Shown here piece after piece: positions 28,351-38,562 of a stretch of DNA of 64,000 nt. Position 1 is the stretch's first letter. The number at the start of each line of letters is the position of its first letter. Location: contig OZ244048.1 of NCBI GenBank assembly GCA_965215265.1, positions 2,752,001 to 2,816,000 of the forward strand. Reading direction: 5' to 3'. Both the position numbers and the translations under genes were made by a program. The notes under the pieces were generated by a model. It saw nothing but the letters and a program-made list of their open reading frames with translations. It was not told the DNA's origin and did no database searches. This stretch comes from Candidatus Poribacteria bacterium. GTDB taxonomy: Bacteria > Poribacteria > WGA-4E > WGA-3G.

Positions 28351-30261
28351 CTACAGTTCTCTTTCAGTAATTCCGAAGAATTTATCGGTTACGCGGCGTT
28401 TATGATATAGATTCAGCACATCGCGTTCAATCCGGGCGTTCACCCTTCTGCCATCCGTGAAGGTTACCTGAAATTGCGTGTCTGATTCCTGTGCGACGTT
28501 CTCTATTTTTGGCAAGGGTATCTGTTTTTGAGTTGCCCATTCCTGAATCAATTTTGCAATCGTCTGCTCGTCATTTGGGGGCGGAACAGATTCCTGCAAT
28601 TCGATACTGAAGGCTGGCACGTTCTTATTGACGTAGTTAAACCAGCGGCTAGTTCTCAGGAAGGGGACGAGTGCTCGCAGCGCTTCGGTGCCCCCAATTC
28701 GACTTAACGCCTCTGCAGAAAATCCGCGGACGTACGCCGATTCGCTCCTGAGTGCATCTCGTAGGGCCGGGATTGCTGCGGCTGCCTCGGGCCCAATGCG
28801 CGTCAACGCTTGCGCTGCAAAGAATCCTAAATCTGTATTTTCGCTGTTTTCTAACACTTTAATCAAAGCAGGTACTGTCTTGGTAGTAGGAATTTTAATC
28901 ATCCCCAATGCCGAGGTGGCATGTCGGCGTACTGCGTCGGACGCATCAGTTAACAATGTGGTGAGCGTATCGACTGCGTCGGCTGCTGCCGGTCCGATTT
29001 CGCCTAAGGCGTAGGCGGCGGATGCGCGCACGTTTTCTCGGCTATCGTTCAGAGCCGTTTTGAGTGCAGGCACTGCGGAGGCCCCGCTGGCTGCGAGCCC
29101 GTGTGCCGCATCACAGATATGGAGAATCGGCTCCATCTCAAACGCCTCTTCTTCTGAAGCGAGTTCCTCAACGAGAGGTTCAACCGCTGCTTCCCCGATT
29201 GCCCCGAGCGCATAGATAGCATTTCTGCGCACCGGTTCGTAGTTATCTTTAAGCGCATCGATTAAGGCAGGTGTGACATCCGCTGCCCTTTGCCGCATGA
29301 ATCCTAATACGTTCGCGGCTTTCATGCGAATTGCCGGCTCCGGGTGCTTCAAATTCGCTACACATGATGCCATGTCACCAATCCCATTCGCATTTGGGCG
29401 ATTCGTCTCGTATAAATCAGTTTTCCCATACATCCAATTCCACATATAAGTCCACAGAATCTCTGCATCATAAGGAACGTGGTTGATTTCAGGGGGCTGC
29501 CAATGAACAGTGTCGCTGTTCCAAGAAGGCGCGGTCGGCTGTTCAGTTCGCATAAAGACGAATTTCATGCCGTAACGATTCATGGAAAGATAGTTCTGAA
29601 GGAACGAATGCACCATATCAAAGTGCATAATCCACACGGTGCCGAGCTGGCCGGACATCGGGACCACGGTCGGATTGACGTAATTATCGGCCGGCAATAA
29701 GGTACGGCAATCTTTACCTTTAGCGTGCGCAGTGTGTCTTTCAAGCTGGCCATTCTGAAATTCCCGAATGTATTGTGTCCCCGGAATGATGCATGTCGGG
29801 CCTTGTTCTGCGAAGCAGGGCTGCGGATAATAGAAAAGAATCGCCCAACGCGGTGTCCGGTGCCGAGGACGTTTGCCTCCAGCGTGCCCATCTTTATGGA
29901 GCGGCATCATCAAACGTTCTTCGCCTGCCTCTTTTGCCCCCGGTGTACTACCCGCAAAGTTCGGATGGCAATGCCGATGCGGATGCATCACATATCCATT
30001 TCCCAAAATGCTCGTCAGGGCCCCGCGTACCTCCGGAGACTCCAAAACAACCTCAAGTTCCGGCACCAATGGTAGAATGTTATTGAGCGGATTATGTTGC
30101 CTATCGCCGCGGAAATCCACAGCTCCAGCAAAGAGCTCATCAGTTTTCTGATAGATGGTGTCATGAATTGTTGTTGGCACGTCAGCGGTGACGTTCACAT
30201 ACCCGTTTACAATAAAATGGCGGATCTGTTCATCATTTAAAAGTTTCTGCGTATCTTTCAT
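28351..30261 (-). CDS. PhyH-like Fe(II)/2OG dioxygenase domain fused to HEAT repeats
   Basis: QIRHFIVNGY, HKD, QGPTCIIPGT, distal H, then repeated VRxxAAxALGxIG units. Confidence 0.8.
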   Translation of the reverse strand: MKDTQKLLNDEQIRHFIVNGYVNVTADVPTTIHDTIYQKTDELFAGAVDFRGDRQHNPLNNILPLVPELEVVLESPEVRGALTSILGNGYVMHPHRHCHPNFAGSTPGAKEAGEERLMMPLHKDGHAGGKRPRHRTPRWAILFYYPQPCFAEQGPTCIIPGTQYIREFQNGQLERHTAHAKGKDCRTLLPADNYVNPTVVPMSGQLGTVWIMHFDMVHSFLQNYLSMNRYGMKFVFMRTEQPTAPSWNSDTVHWQPPEINHVPYDAEILWTYMWNWMYGKTDLYETNRPNANGIGDMASCVANLKHPEPAIRMKAANVLGFMRQRAADVTPALIDALKDNYEPVRRNAIYALGAIGEAAVEPLVEELASEEEAFEMEPILHICDAAHGLAASGASAVPALKTALNDSRENVRASAAYALGEIGPAAADAVDTLTTLLTDASDAVRRHATSALGMIKIPTTKTVPALIKVLENSENTDLGFFAAQALTRIGPEAAAAIPALRDALRSESAYVRGFSAEALSRIGGTEALRALVPFLRTSRWFNYVNKNVPAFSIELQESVPPPNDEQTIAKLIQEWATQKQIPLPKIENVAQESDTQFQVTFTDGRRVNARIERDVLNLYHKRRVTDKFFGITEREL

Positions 30262-30388
30262 AATGTCTCTTTCTATTTTTGGCGTGTTCAGGCTTATCGT
30301 TTAAAACGAGAGATACTAAGAATCCGTTCGGCTCGATAAGGGAGCGGCTATCACGCTTTTGTCGTTCCGTATTCGTCGTCTACAAAAA

Positions 30389-31354
30389 TCAATACCATGC
30401 TGCCTTGTTCACCACATTTTGCAACGGCTCACCTGCAGCAAACCGACGTGCATTTTCTAAGAGAATCTTGAACCTACGTTCCGGAATATTTTCGGCATCT
30501 TTAACAGCAATATGGGGTGTGAGCAGCACGTTCGGCAACTTCCACAGTGGACTCTCCGCGGGTAACGGCTCGACTTCAAACACGTCCAAACCACCCCCTG
30601 CAATGATGCCCTGCTCCAGTGCTTCAACCAGTTCGTTCAGTTTTGTCGTCTTGCCACGGCCGATATTGATGAAATAGGCGCTGCGTTTCATCCGGGCAAA
30701 GCGATTTTTGCTCCACATCCCTTCCGTTTCCGGCGTGTGCGGTGTCGTCGTGATGACAAAGTCTGCACGCGGTAGGAGCGCATCAAGCGCCTCCGGTTCA
30801 TGTTGTTCAACAAATGGGACATCGTATTCCCATCTCGCATCGACACCTATAACCGTCATGCCAAATTCCGTGCAAAGACGGGCTGTTTCATGCCCGATAC
30901 CGCCAACACCCACAATCAACGCAGTTGCCTCTGCTAGGTCTATATAGTCTTTTTTACGTGCATTTTTGTCCCAGATGCCTCGACGTTGTGCATCCATATA
31001 ATACGGCAGTCCACGAGCAAGTGCAAGCACGAACATCATAATATGTTGTGCAATATGATCGTTGTAGATACCGCGCGGATTACAGACTATCAGAGGATGT
31101 TCGATTAACGCTTGATAATAATAGCCCGGGAAAGGGCCCGCTGCCGGGTTCTGTAACCAGCGTAAGTTGTTGGCAAATTTGAGTTGTTCTGGCGAAACCC
31201 AACCGTAGACAGCATCCGTATCAGGGAGGTGCTCCAAAACTTCTGCATCTGTTTTTGGTAAGACGACAGTATACGCCGGCAGCTCGCTGTGGAGACGCTC
31301 TGCCCATTCTTGTGACTCGGTATTTTGCGGGGGCATCATTATTAATTTTGGCAC
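30389..31354 (-). CDS. D-2-hydroxyacid dehydrogenase
   Basis: GVGGIG, INIGRG, LDVFEVEPLP, TPH; probable GTG start at 31354 after GAGGA. Confidence 0.9.
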   Translation of the reverse strand: MPKLIMMPPQNTESQEWAERLHSELPAYTVVLPKTDAEVLEHLPDTDAVYGWVSPEQLKFANNLRWLQNPAAGPFPGYYYQALIEHPLIVCNPRGIYNDHIAQHIMMFVLALARGLPYYMDAQRRGIWDKNARKKDYIDLAEATALIVGVGGIGHETARLCTEFGMTVIGVDARWEYDVPFVEQHEPEALDALLPRADFVITTTPHTPETEGMWSKNRFARMKRSAYFINIGRGKTTKLNELVEALEQGIIAGGGLDVFEVEPLPAESPLWKLPNVLLTPHIAVKDAENIPERRFKILLENARRFAAGEPLQNVVNKAAWY

Positions 31355-31710
31355 AATTCTGTTCCTCTTTTTTCGGATGCAATATGTTCGAAGATATAAG
31401 CCAAACAGACAGCGGCGAAACACATCAGAGCCTCTCCTTATTTTTCAGACGTGTTCGAGGCCCTCTGCACTGCTCTTATATGTATAGTATACCGCTTTTT
31501 GAATTCTTTTTCAACTGAGAACGATTTTGCTGTTGGCCTTTCAACGTAGGTGCAAGAATTGAGCGAACCTTATCTGTCCTTGACTTTAAATGGAAAGATA
31601 TAGTATACTTTGGGCAAAGGTTAACATCTCATTGAATTCAGAATCTGCAGGAAAACCTATGACACTTGAAGGAGAGTGGTTGCAGAAGTAGTTTGATATT
31701 TCTTCAAACT

Positions 31711-32053
31711 CAAAGGAGCCTTGTGCACTTTGATAGCGAAGGCTATCTCCTTACCCTTGACGCTTGCAAGTAGAATATTGAGATGTTTGAGGACTTGTTA
31801 TGGGTTATGTCTACATTTTGGAAAATGATTTAATGCCGGGGCTGATAAAAATTGGCCACACATCCAAAACGCCAGAGGAACGAGTTAAGGAACTTTCAGC
31901 CCCAACAGGCGTGCCAACTCCATTTAAGGTTGCTTTTAAGTTACCGTCCGAGAAATATAAAGAACTTGAAAAGGAGATGCACCGCAAACTTTCTGACTAC
32001 CGTGTCAATTCTAATCGAGAGTTTTTTAAATATCCGGTAGATCAGGCAATCAG
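31711..32053 (+). repeat. 343-bp near-identical duplication, copy 1 (upstream region plus T5orf172 domain)
   Basis: Matches 35255-35597 at a constant offset of 3544 with few substitutions. Confidence 0.95.
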
Positions 32054-33083
32054 GCAGATGGCACTCGCCTATTTTGAGTTGAACGAATTTGAAGTTGAAC
32101 TGAACGAATTTGAAAAGGCTGCAAACGCAGCGAAGAAGGCTGTCAGGCTTGATAGTAACTATCAGCCCGTGTTCAGATTCCTTGAGAATCTAAAACAGGA
32201 GCATTACGACCGGGGACTTGCCTCGCTTGCGGGCGAGGAGTACGCACAGGCAATTCTGGAGCTTACACCCACAATAAAAATAGACCCTAAGTTTATAGAA
32301 GCAATCCATGCACTTGGACTCGCTTACTTGGGAACACAGAATTTTGACGAAGCGAAAAACGCTGCTCAAGAAGCATTAAAGATCGATTCTAATTATCAAC
32401 CAGCAAAAGCACTTTTGGATGCTATAAACCCAGCGAAAAAAAGCAAGGTAGCCAGACAAACTCCACACGAGGCTGTTACTCAGAGCAATCTGAAGCGACC
32501 TCCCCGGCCTCCAGCAACTTCCCTAAATCCAGAGGTAACACTCACATCATCGGAACCCGCTCATCAACTCTTAGATGATATCTCTGCACAAGATGCAAAA
32601 GTCGGAAAGCGGACATTGTGGCTAAAAATTGGATTAGTTACCGTCGTATTGGCAGGAGTTATCGCGAGTTTCGGAATATATAGGATCCTAAATTTTTTAA
32701 TGCCTACACCGCCTGAATTATCCATAACTCAAATCGTTTTTCACGAGCCATCTGGTAACAAATTCCTCGATGGGGGTGAAAAAGGGTCTATTAAAGCTAA
32801 AATTGAAAACATGGGAGGGCGTGCAACGGACTTTCGTCTGGAACTTACGCCCTCTTCACACCGTAATTTACGCTATAACCCCATCACCACAATGCAAGAA
32901 TTAGATGCAAATAGCGAAAGAATTATCACAATTCCTATTTCAGCCAATCGGAACGTTCAGGCACAGGCCGTTCGTCTGAAAATCCAATTGGTTGACAAAA
33001 ACGGGAATCAACTTACTGTAAAAAAAACACTCTCTTTTAAGGCGCTCCCTAATAATGTACCGGGTCCTTTTCTGTCACCGTGA
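31800..33083 (+). CDS. T5orf172/GIY-YIG domain + TPR + TM + Ig-like C-terminal domain protein
   Basis: GYVYIL..MPGLIKIGHT..PEERVKEL..TGVPTPF..NREFF; TPR-like helices; one TM; beta-rich tail. Confidence 0.8.
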   Translation: MGYVYILENDLMPGLIKIGHTSKTPEERVKELSAPTGVPTPFKVAFKLPSEKYKELEKEMHRKLSDYRVNSNREFFKYPVDQAIRQMALAYFELNEFEVELNEFEKAANAAKKAVRLDSNYQPVFRFLENLKQEHYDRGLASLAGEEYAQAILELTPTIKIDPKFIEAIHALGLAYLGTQNFDEAKNAAQEALKIDSNYQPAKALLDAINPAKKSKVARQTPHEAVTQSNLKRPPRPPATSLNPEVTLTSSEPAHQLLDDISAQDAKVGKRTLWLKIGLVTVVLAGVIASFGIYRILNFLMPTPPELSITQIVFHEPSGNKFLDGGEKGSIKAKIENMGGRATDFRLELTPSSHRNLRYNPITTMQELDANSERIITIPISANRNVQAQAVRLKIQLVDKNGNQLTVKKTLSFKALPNNVPGPFLSP

Positions 33084-33187
33084 TAGCACAACACCTCGCG
33101 CGCTACATAATCTGATTCCGTGACAAAGTGGTTCCATGCCAAAAAAAAGTCGGGGTGCAGCAGGAACCGCACCCCGATACACGCCTC

Positions 33188-33883
33188 TTAATGTTTTTCC
33201 GGCTGTTCTGACGTTTTTCTCTGTGTCGCCTCGACTGCCCGAAGTTCTTCGACGATCTTGTCATTGGCGGGATCTGGGAACAGAGTCGCAACGGCCTCGA
33301 CATACTCAAGTGCCGTCTCCAAAGAGACTGAGCTTCTCTGCATGCGTCTGCCTGTGTCCATAAAGATATGGACTTCTCGAATATCACCAAAACGCTTTAT
33401 CAGGTCTTGGCGTCTGTACTCATGGAGCTCATCCGCTGAAAGCGAACGCCAATCTTGACGGGAGGCGGAACAATTCTCACAAAGTTTTTCAAACGCTGGG
33501 GACGGTTCCGCATCCCCATCGCTCGCCGATGCTTTGATCTCGACTTCATCGTCACGAGGAATCTCATCAATGCCTGTCGATTCGGCGGCTGTCTGTGGTA
33601 AAACAAGCGAATCCTCAGTGAGCATCTCCTGGAGATCCTCGGTCGCAGCAGGTGTTTGCAAGGCACCTGGCGAAACGGATGGAACAACGTCCGCATCGGT
33701 ATCTGTCGGTGCCGGTGTCGGTTCTTCAGCGGTGTTAGTGGCATCGGCGATCTCAACCGATTCCTGCTGAGGTGGAACCTCCGGGAGGCTCATCAGAAAA
33801 CGTTGTGTATCATACTTGAGGGCGGACATCCACGCCAAGACCAGCAACGTCACAGCGAGGATTGGAAAAAAAATTCTCTTCAT
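33188..33883 (-). CDS. Hypothetical exported or membrane-anchored protein with acidic low-complexity linker
   Basis: Start MKRIFF at 33883 after AAGGAG; N-terminal hydrophobic helix. Confidence 0.6.
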   Translation of the reverse strand: MKRIFFPILAVTLLVLAWMSALKYDTQRFLMSLPEVPPQQESVEIADATNTAEEPTPAPTDTDADVVPSVSPGALQTPAATEDLQEMLTEDSLVLPQTAAESTGIDEIPRDDEVEIKASASDGDAEPSPAFEKLCENCSASRQDWRSLSADELHEYRRQDLIKRFGDIREVHIFMDTGRRMQRSSVSLETALEYVEAVATLFPDPANDKIVEELRAVEATQRKTSEQPEKH

Positions 33884-34740
33884 TTGTCTTCTCCTTATTT
33901 CCGGTACATACAAACGATATTGATATCCGACGCAGCGACCTGCGTCAACATCAATCCTGACTCGTTAAAAGTGAAGTGCATTCACAAGCTATAAATTGGC
34001 ACGTCACGTTCACTCTTTAACTTTCAAAGAACACTTTCTACCTTTTTTGCAAAAGGTTATTTTAATTACACCCGCTGAAAAGGGTAAAGTTGCAGAAAAA
34101 AAATCGAAATTTTTAAGAAAAAAGTGCTTTTTCTGGCAAATGTTTCACTTTTTTTGAAAAAAAATGTGTATATGAGGCGGCCTTTTGGGATGTGCGTGCA
34201 TTTTGCACGCGTTTTGCACGACAAATTCGCGCGTTTTCAGATGCATGCGTCACCATCTGCATCGCGGATTGAGTGTCTTTTTATTAAATTCTGAGAAGAA
34301 GTGGGGCTGCGTCTTTTACGCTTTCTATTTTAGGCGGGTGTTGTGCTGTGGTTCTTGAATAAAAAAGCGACTTGCATAATTTTCACCCCTCTGATACACT
34401 CTTTAAACCAGTATTGGGTGGCATTGCTACAAGACTGCCCCCAACGCCGTTCTCTGCCACTCTACCACTTTAGCAATCGGATAAAACTGACTGGTGATTG
34501 GAAAATCCAAACAGGTACCTTAACCAGTCCTGATGCACGCAACGAAAAATTCAAAATGGAACTAAAAGCAGAAGATAATTCTGTTATGAAAAAGGTACTC
34601 GAAAAAATGAGTCCACGTATATTTAAATATATATATCGTTTATTTATTTCAAATTAGGAATCGCCTTAAAATAGGCTGATAAATACCGATTGACACACAA
34701 GCATAAATATGATTTAATATCTCCAAAAGGAGACACACCT

Positions 34741-35199
34741 ATGAAAACCATACTCGCCCTCTCAATACTCTTTTCTGCAATCGCTCTACCGGCTCTTGGT
34801 GAGTTGACAGACGCGGATCTCAACCAGATACGCTTGATTGTTCAAGAAGAGATCACGCCTATAAAAGCCGACATCGTCACGCTAAAAGTCGACATCGTCA
34901 CGTTAAAAGCCGACATCGTCACGCTAAAAACAGATATGGCAGTCGTAAAAACAGAAGTTGCAAATCTAAAAGGAACAGTCAATAATGACTTTAACACCAT
35001 TCAAAAGAATTTTGACAGACAAAATAACATCATCATTGCCTGCATTGGTATCCCTTTGGCAATTCTCGCCATCGGCGCAACGGTATTGAGCATATTAGCA
35101 AACAAGCGCATCAGAAAAGCCCAGGCACTCGAAAAGCAGATTGAAACCCTCACGCAGGAAATTGAGACGCTGAAGCAACAGCGGATCGTAAACCCCTAA
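34741..35199 (+). CDS. Small coiled-coil membrane protein with signal peptide and heptad repeats
   Basis: AAGGAG RBS and ATG 34741; 21-bp unit (KADIVTL) three times at about 34863-34930; C-terminal TM. Confidence 0.7.
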   Translation: MKTILALSILFSAIALPALGELTDADLNQIRLIVQEEITPIKADIVTLKVDIVTLKADIVTLKTDMAVVKTEVANLKGTVNNDFNTIQKNFDRQNNIIIACIGIPLAILAIGATVLSILANKRIRKAQALEKQIETLTQEIETLKQQRIVNP

Positions 35200-35254
35200 C
35201 GAACCTCAGACGGTGACAATTTTTTTTCTGAAATGGTATCAGATGCAGTGGGCA

Positions 35255-35597
35255 CAAAGGGGCCTTGTGCACTTTGATAGCAAAGGCTATCTCCTTACCC
35301 TTGACGCTTGCAAGTAGAATATTGAGATGTTTGAGGACTTGTTATGGGTTATGTCTACATTTTGGAAAATGATTTAATGCCGGGGCTGATAAAAATTGGC
35401 CACACATCCAAAACGCCAGAGGAACGAGTTAAGGAACTTTCAGCCCCAACAGGCGTGCCAACTCCATTTAAGGTTGCTTTTAAGTTACCGTCCGAGAAAT
35501 ATAAAGAGCTTGAAAAGGAGATGCACCGCAAACTTTCTGACTACCGTGTGAATTCTAATCGAGAATTTTTTGAGTATCCGGTGGATGAGGCAATCAG
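35255..35597 (+). repeat. 343-bp near-identical duplication, copy 2
   Basis: See 31711-32053. Confidence 0.95.
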
Positions 35598-37530
35598 ATT
35601 GCTAAAAAAACTTGGCACTGCAAAACAAAACCAAATTGAACAGGAAATTGTTAAGGGAAAAAAGAAGTTTATCGTTAATATTCTAGATTCATTCAAGAGC
35701 TTTTTCCGCCAGCCGACTAGTAATTCGCAAGAACCTGATTCTGAGGGCGAAAACGAATCTGAATCTGATACGGAAACTGAGTATAGTGAGAGGTCTATTA
35801 TGCCTCCTCCATCTACTCTCTATACAAGAGGATACCAACCTTTGCAAAACGATAAGAAAATAGATTTCGATCCAAGTTTGAATGGTAAGCCTTACTATAG
35901 CGAACAAAACGGTTTTTATTGGGCAGCGAACCACCATGGAATCGCTGAGTGTATCCCGCCACATATTAAGCGCATCATCCATAACGAGGAGTTAGAGATT
36001 GCCTCTACCCGTGAACAACTTGAAGAAGAAATCAACCAAGTGCTTGAACGGCAAGAAGAACTCGAAGTGCAGAAGCACGAATGCGAACAAGAAATTCGGC
36101 ATCGGGCCCAGCAACTTGCCGAAAAGAGAGAAGAATTAGCTGGACTAAAAATCCGAGTACAAGCCCTAATAGAAACTAAACCAACTCCCTCTCCTGTTGA
36201 AGAAATACCTGGCGATTCCGCTAAACAGCCGGTTGAAACAGAAATTGACAAGTTACGACATGGTAAAGATAAATTAGAGGCGGAAATTAGTCGGAAGAAC
36301 CAAGAATTAACGAGCAAGAAAGAAGAATTGGCCGGGCTTGAAGTCCAATTGGAAGCACCTACGGAGATTGAATTAAATTCATCTTCTGCTGAAGTTACGT
36401 CTCAGGATGCTACATCTGCCAAATATAGGTTCTCACGGATTAACTTTATAGCCGCGATAATCGCTACTATTCTCTTCGTTTTTCTTGCGTGTTATCTCTT
36501 CGTATTCTACGCCTCCGCTGTCGATAAAGCCTTCTTTCTAAACAAGGAGCAAATCGGAGCACAATTATTTCAAGGGCAAGGTATTGATGCTTCAGTCAAT
36601 AATATTGTTAACCCAAGTGCATTAACCAAAGCTTTCCAAGGTGAATGGAATCTAATCGTTTTGATGTTTCCATTTGTCTTCTTAGCTTTTGCAATTGCTC
36701 TTGAGTATTTCTTGGAAGACAGAAAATGGGGCTGGGTAATTTGCTTGGCGTCCTTTACATTCATCTTTGATGCTATACTTGCAATTCAGATTTCACGAAA
36801 GATACATGAAGCTAACAGTATCAGGATTTTCATGGAGAATCTCATCAACCCGGAGACCCAGCAGCAGCAGACCGAGCAGCAGACCTTTAGAATAGTCGAT
36901 CTTGACATGTGGACAGTTATTTTTTGTGGATTTGTGGTTTCAATGTTAGTAAGCATTATATATTACGTGATGAAAAAACGCTGGGAAAAGGTGTCACTTA
37001 TTCCGGAAAAGTCTAAAGCATCGGAAATACGTGAGTCACAGATAAAAAATGAAAGAACGCAACGCGAGGCACGAATCGCTATATTGAAAACTCAAATCAA
37101 TAACTTGCAAAATGAAGTAGATCAGCTCAATGAAAAAATTAAAAGTGCTCAACAAGAAATTAACGAGCGTTCAAGAAAACAACTGGAGGCTCCGATTCAA
37201 ACGCGAATCGCTGTATTGAAAACCGAAATGAAAAATTTACAAAACGAACTGAACTCATTCAATGAGAGTGCCGCAATTATTCAACAAAGAATTGATGCCA
37301 ATCAAGCAAAAATTGAGGAACTTTCGAAGCAACTAAGTAGGCGGGTGGTTAATCGCAATAAAATGGAGTCGCAGGTTAACTCATTCTTAAATGGATGGTG
37401 CCGCTTTATTGTTCATAACTCGGACGGAACACCTGACGTGTCTGTCCAAATCGAAAGAATTAAGGAAACCGCAGCAGATACAATTAACGAATACTATTCA
37501 GGTGCCCCCGATTATTCCTCTCAATCTTAA
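35344..37530 (+). CDS. T5orf172/GIY-YIG domain + coiled coil + 4 TM + coiled coil protein
   Basis: Same N-terminal ~85 aa as the 31800 ORF; long heptad regions flanking four hydrophobic helices. Confidence 0.8.
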   Translation: MGYVYILENDLMPGLIKIGHTSKTPEERVKELSAPTGVPTPFKVAFKLPSEKYKELEKEMHRKLSDYRVNSNREFFEYPVDEAIRLLKKLGTAKQNQIEQEIVKGKKKFIVNILDSFKSFFRQPTSNSQEPDSEGENESESDTETEYSERSIMPPPSTLYTRGYQPLQNDKKIDFDPSLNGKPYYSEQNGFYWAANHHGIAECIPPHIKRIIHNEELEIASTREQLEEEINQVLERQEELEVQKHECEQEIRHRAQQLAEKREELAGLKIRVQALIETKPTPSPVEEIPGDSAKQPVETEIDKLRHGKDKLEAEISRKNQELTSKKEELAGLEVQLEAPTEIELNSSSAEVTSQDATSAKYRFSRINFIAAIIATILFVFLACYLFVFYASAVDKAFFLNKEQIGAQLFQGQGIDASVNNIVNPSALTKAFQGEWNLIVLMFPFVFLAFAIALEYFLEDRKWGWVICLASFTFIFDAILAIQISRKIHEANSIRIFMENLINPETQQQQTEQQTFRIVDLDMWTVIFCGFVVSMLVSIIYYVMKKRWEKVSLIPEKSKASEIRESQIKNERTQREARIAILKTQINNLQNEVDQLNEKIKSAQQEINERSRKQLEAPIQTRIAVLKTEMKNLQNELNSFNESAAIIQQRIDANQAKIEELSKQLSRRVVNRNKMESQVNSFLNGWCRFIVHNSDGTPDVSVQIERIKETAADTINEYYSGAPDYSSQS

Positions 37531-37581
37531 TACGTTGTCACGATTCAGATATGCCTTGTGTTCTCTATAAAGGAGCCGTAT

Positions 37582-38517
37582 ATGGATAAAAAAATTGAGG
37601 TTTTAACCTTATTCACTGTTTTGCTTTTGGGGCTAATTGCTGGATGCAGTGGGTGCAGAAGTGAAAAATCAGATGCCAAGAATTTTTCATCAAAACCAGC
37701 CCACCCTAAGCCAGTAAATATTATTGTTATCATTGACACCTCCGACCGGATTTCTAAGGAAAAACAACCCGGCCAAGCTGAAAAGGACATTGAAATTACG
37801 AAGGAGATCGTTAAGATTTTCGAGGAAAAATTTGTACGCCCAAATTTCTATATTTCTAAAGACACGCTCGCTTTCGTTGTCCCCGATCAACCCGGTGCTC
37901 CTCCAATTCCACAAAGTACTGTGAATGACCTAAAAATCTGGCTTTCGCCTACAGATCAAGCAAGACTGGGTGGCGCACCAAAAGTTCAGGAAATGAAAAG
38001 AGCGCTGCTTCGAGCACAGAAAATGAAAAGAACGCTGCTTCAAGCAATTGATCAATTGTACGAATTTATCAACAAGCAAAATCAATTCCCCGGATCGGAT
38101 ATTTGGAGTTGGTTTAAGCATAGCGCCGAAGTTTATTTAAAGCGAGATACTCTTAACTACATTATCTGTCTTTCCGATGGCTATCTTGATTTTAACAACG
38201 ATATTCAAATGAACCGTCCCAAGCGGACTTATATGTCCGACCAACAACTCAAAAAATTTCGCGAGACCGAGAACTGGAAACAGGAATTTCACACTGGTGG
38301 GCACGGTCTGTTGGAAATTGGAAAAGATTTCAGTAAGTACAATGTGAAATTCTTAATGGTTGAAATGAAAAAGCGGGAGATGCTTGAGTTGGAAATTATT
38401 GAAGAATATTGGCGAGTCTGGTTGGAATCCATGGGGATTGTAGAGACTGAATTTTTGTCTTCACAAGGTGCAGCGAAAACTGTTATAAATCATATTAAGG
38501 CGTTTATGTCGCCTTGA
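37582..38517 (+). CDS. Lipoprotein with vWA-like fold
   Basis: Lipobox LIAGC; VNIIVIIDTSDRI (partial DxS MIDAS), GSDIW, IICLSDGY; 30-bp tandem duplication at 37987-38046. Confidence 0.6.
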   Translation: MDKKIEVLTLFTVLLLGLIAGCSGCRSEKSDAKNFSSKPAHPKPVNIIVIIDTSDRISKEKQPGQAEKDIEITKEIVKIFEEKFVRPNFYISKDTLAFVVPDQPGAPPIPQSTVNDLKIWLSPTDQARLGGAPKVQEMKRALLRAQKMKRTLLQAIDQLYEFINKQNQFPGSDIWSWFKHSAEVYLKRDTLNYIICLSDGYLDFNNDIQMNRPKRTYMSDQQLKKFRETENWKQEFHTGGHGLLEIGKDFSKYNVKFLMVEMKKREMLELEIIEEYWRVWLESMGIVETEFLSSQGAAKTVINHIKAFMSP

Positions 38518-38562
38518 TACTCATTAAGGGTTCCAAATGCTCTATACACCAGCGACATACTT

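Noticed and set aside
33960-34330. AT-rich tracts and short palindromes (e.g. GCGTGCATTTTGCACGC) as a defined element
   Set aside because: No consistent repeat unit or boundaries could be established by eye.
34343-34657. 104-aa ORF as a real gene
   Set aside because: GTG start without RBS, overlaps a promoter-like TTGCAT-17-TACACT and has no recognisable motif; at most a gene fragment.
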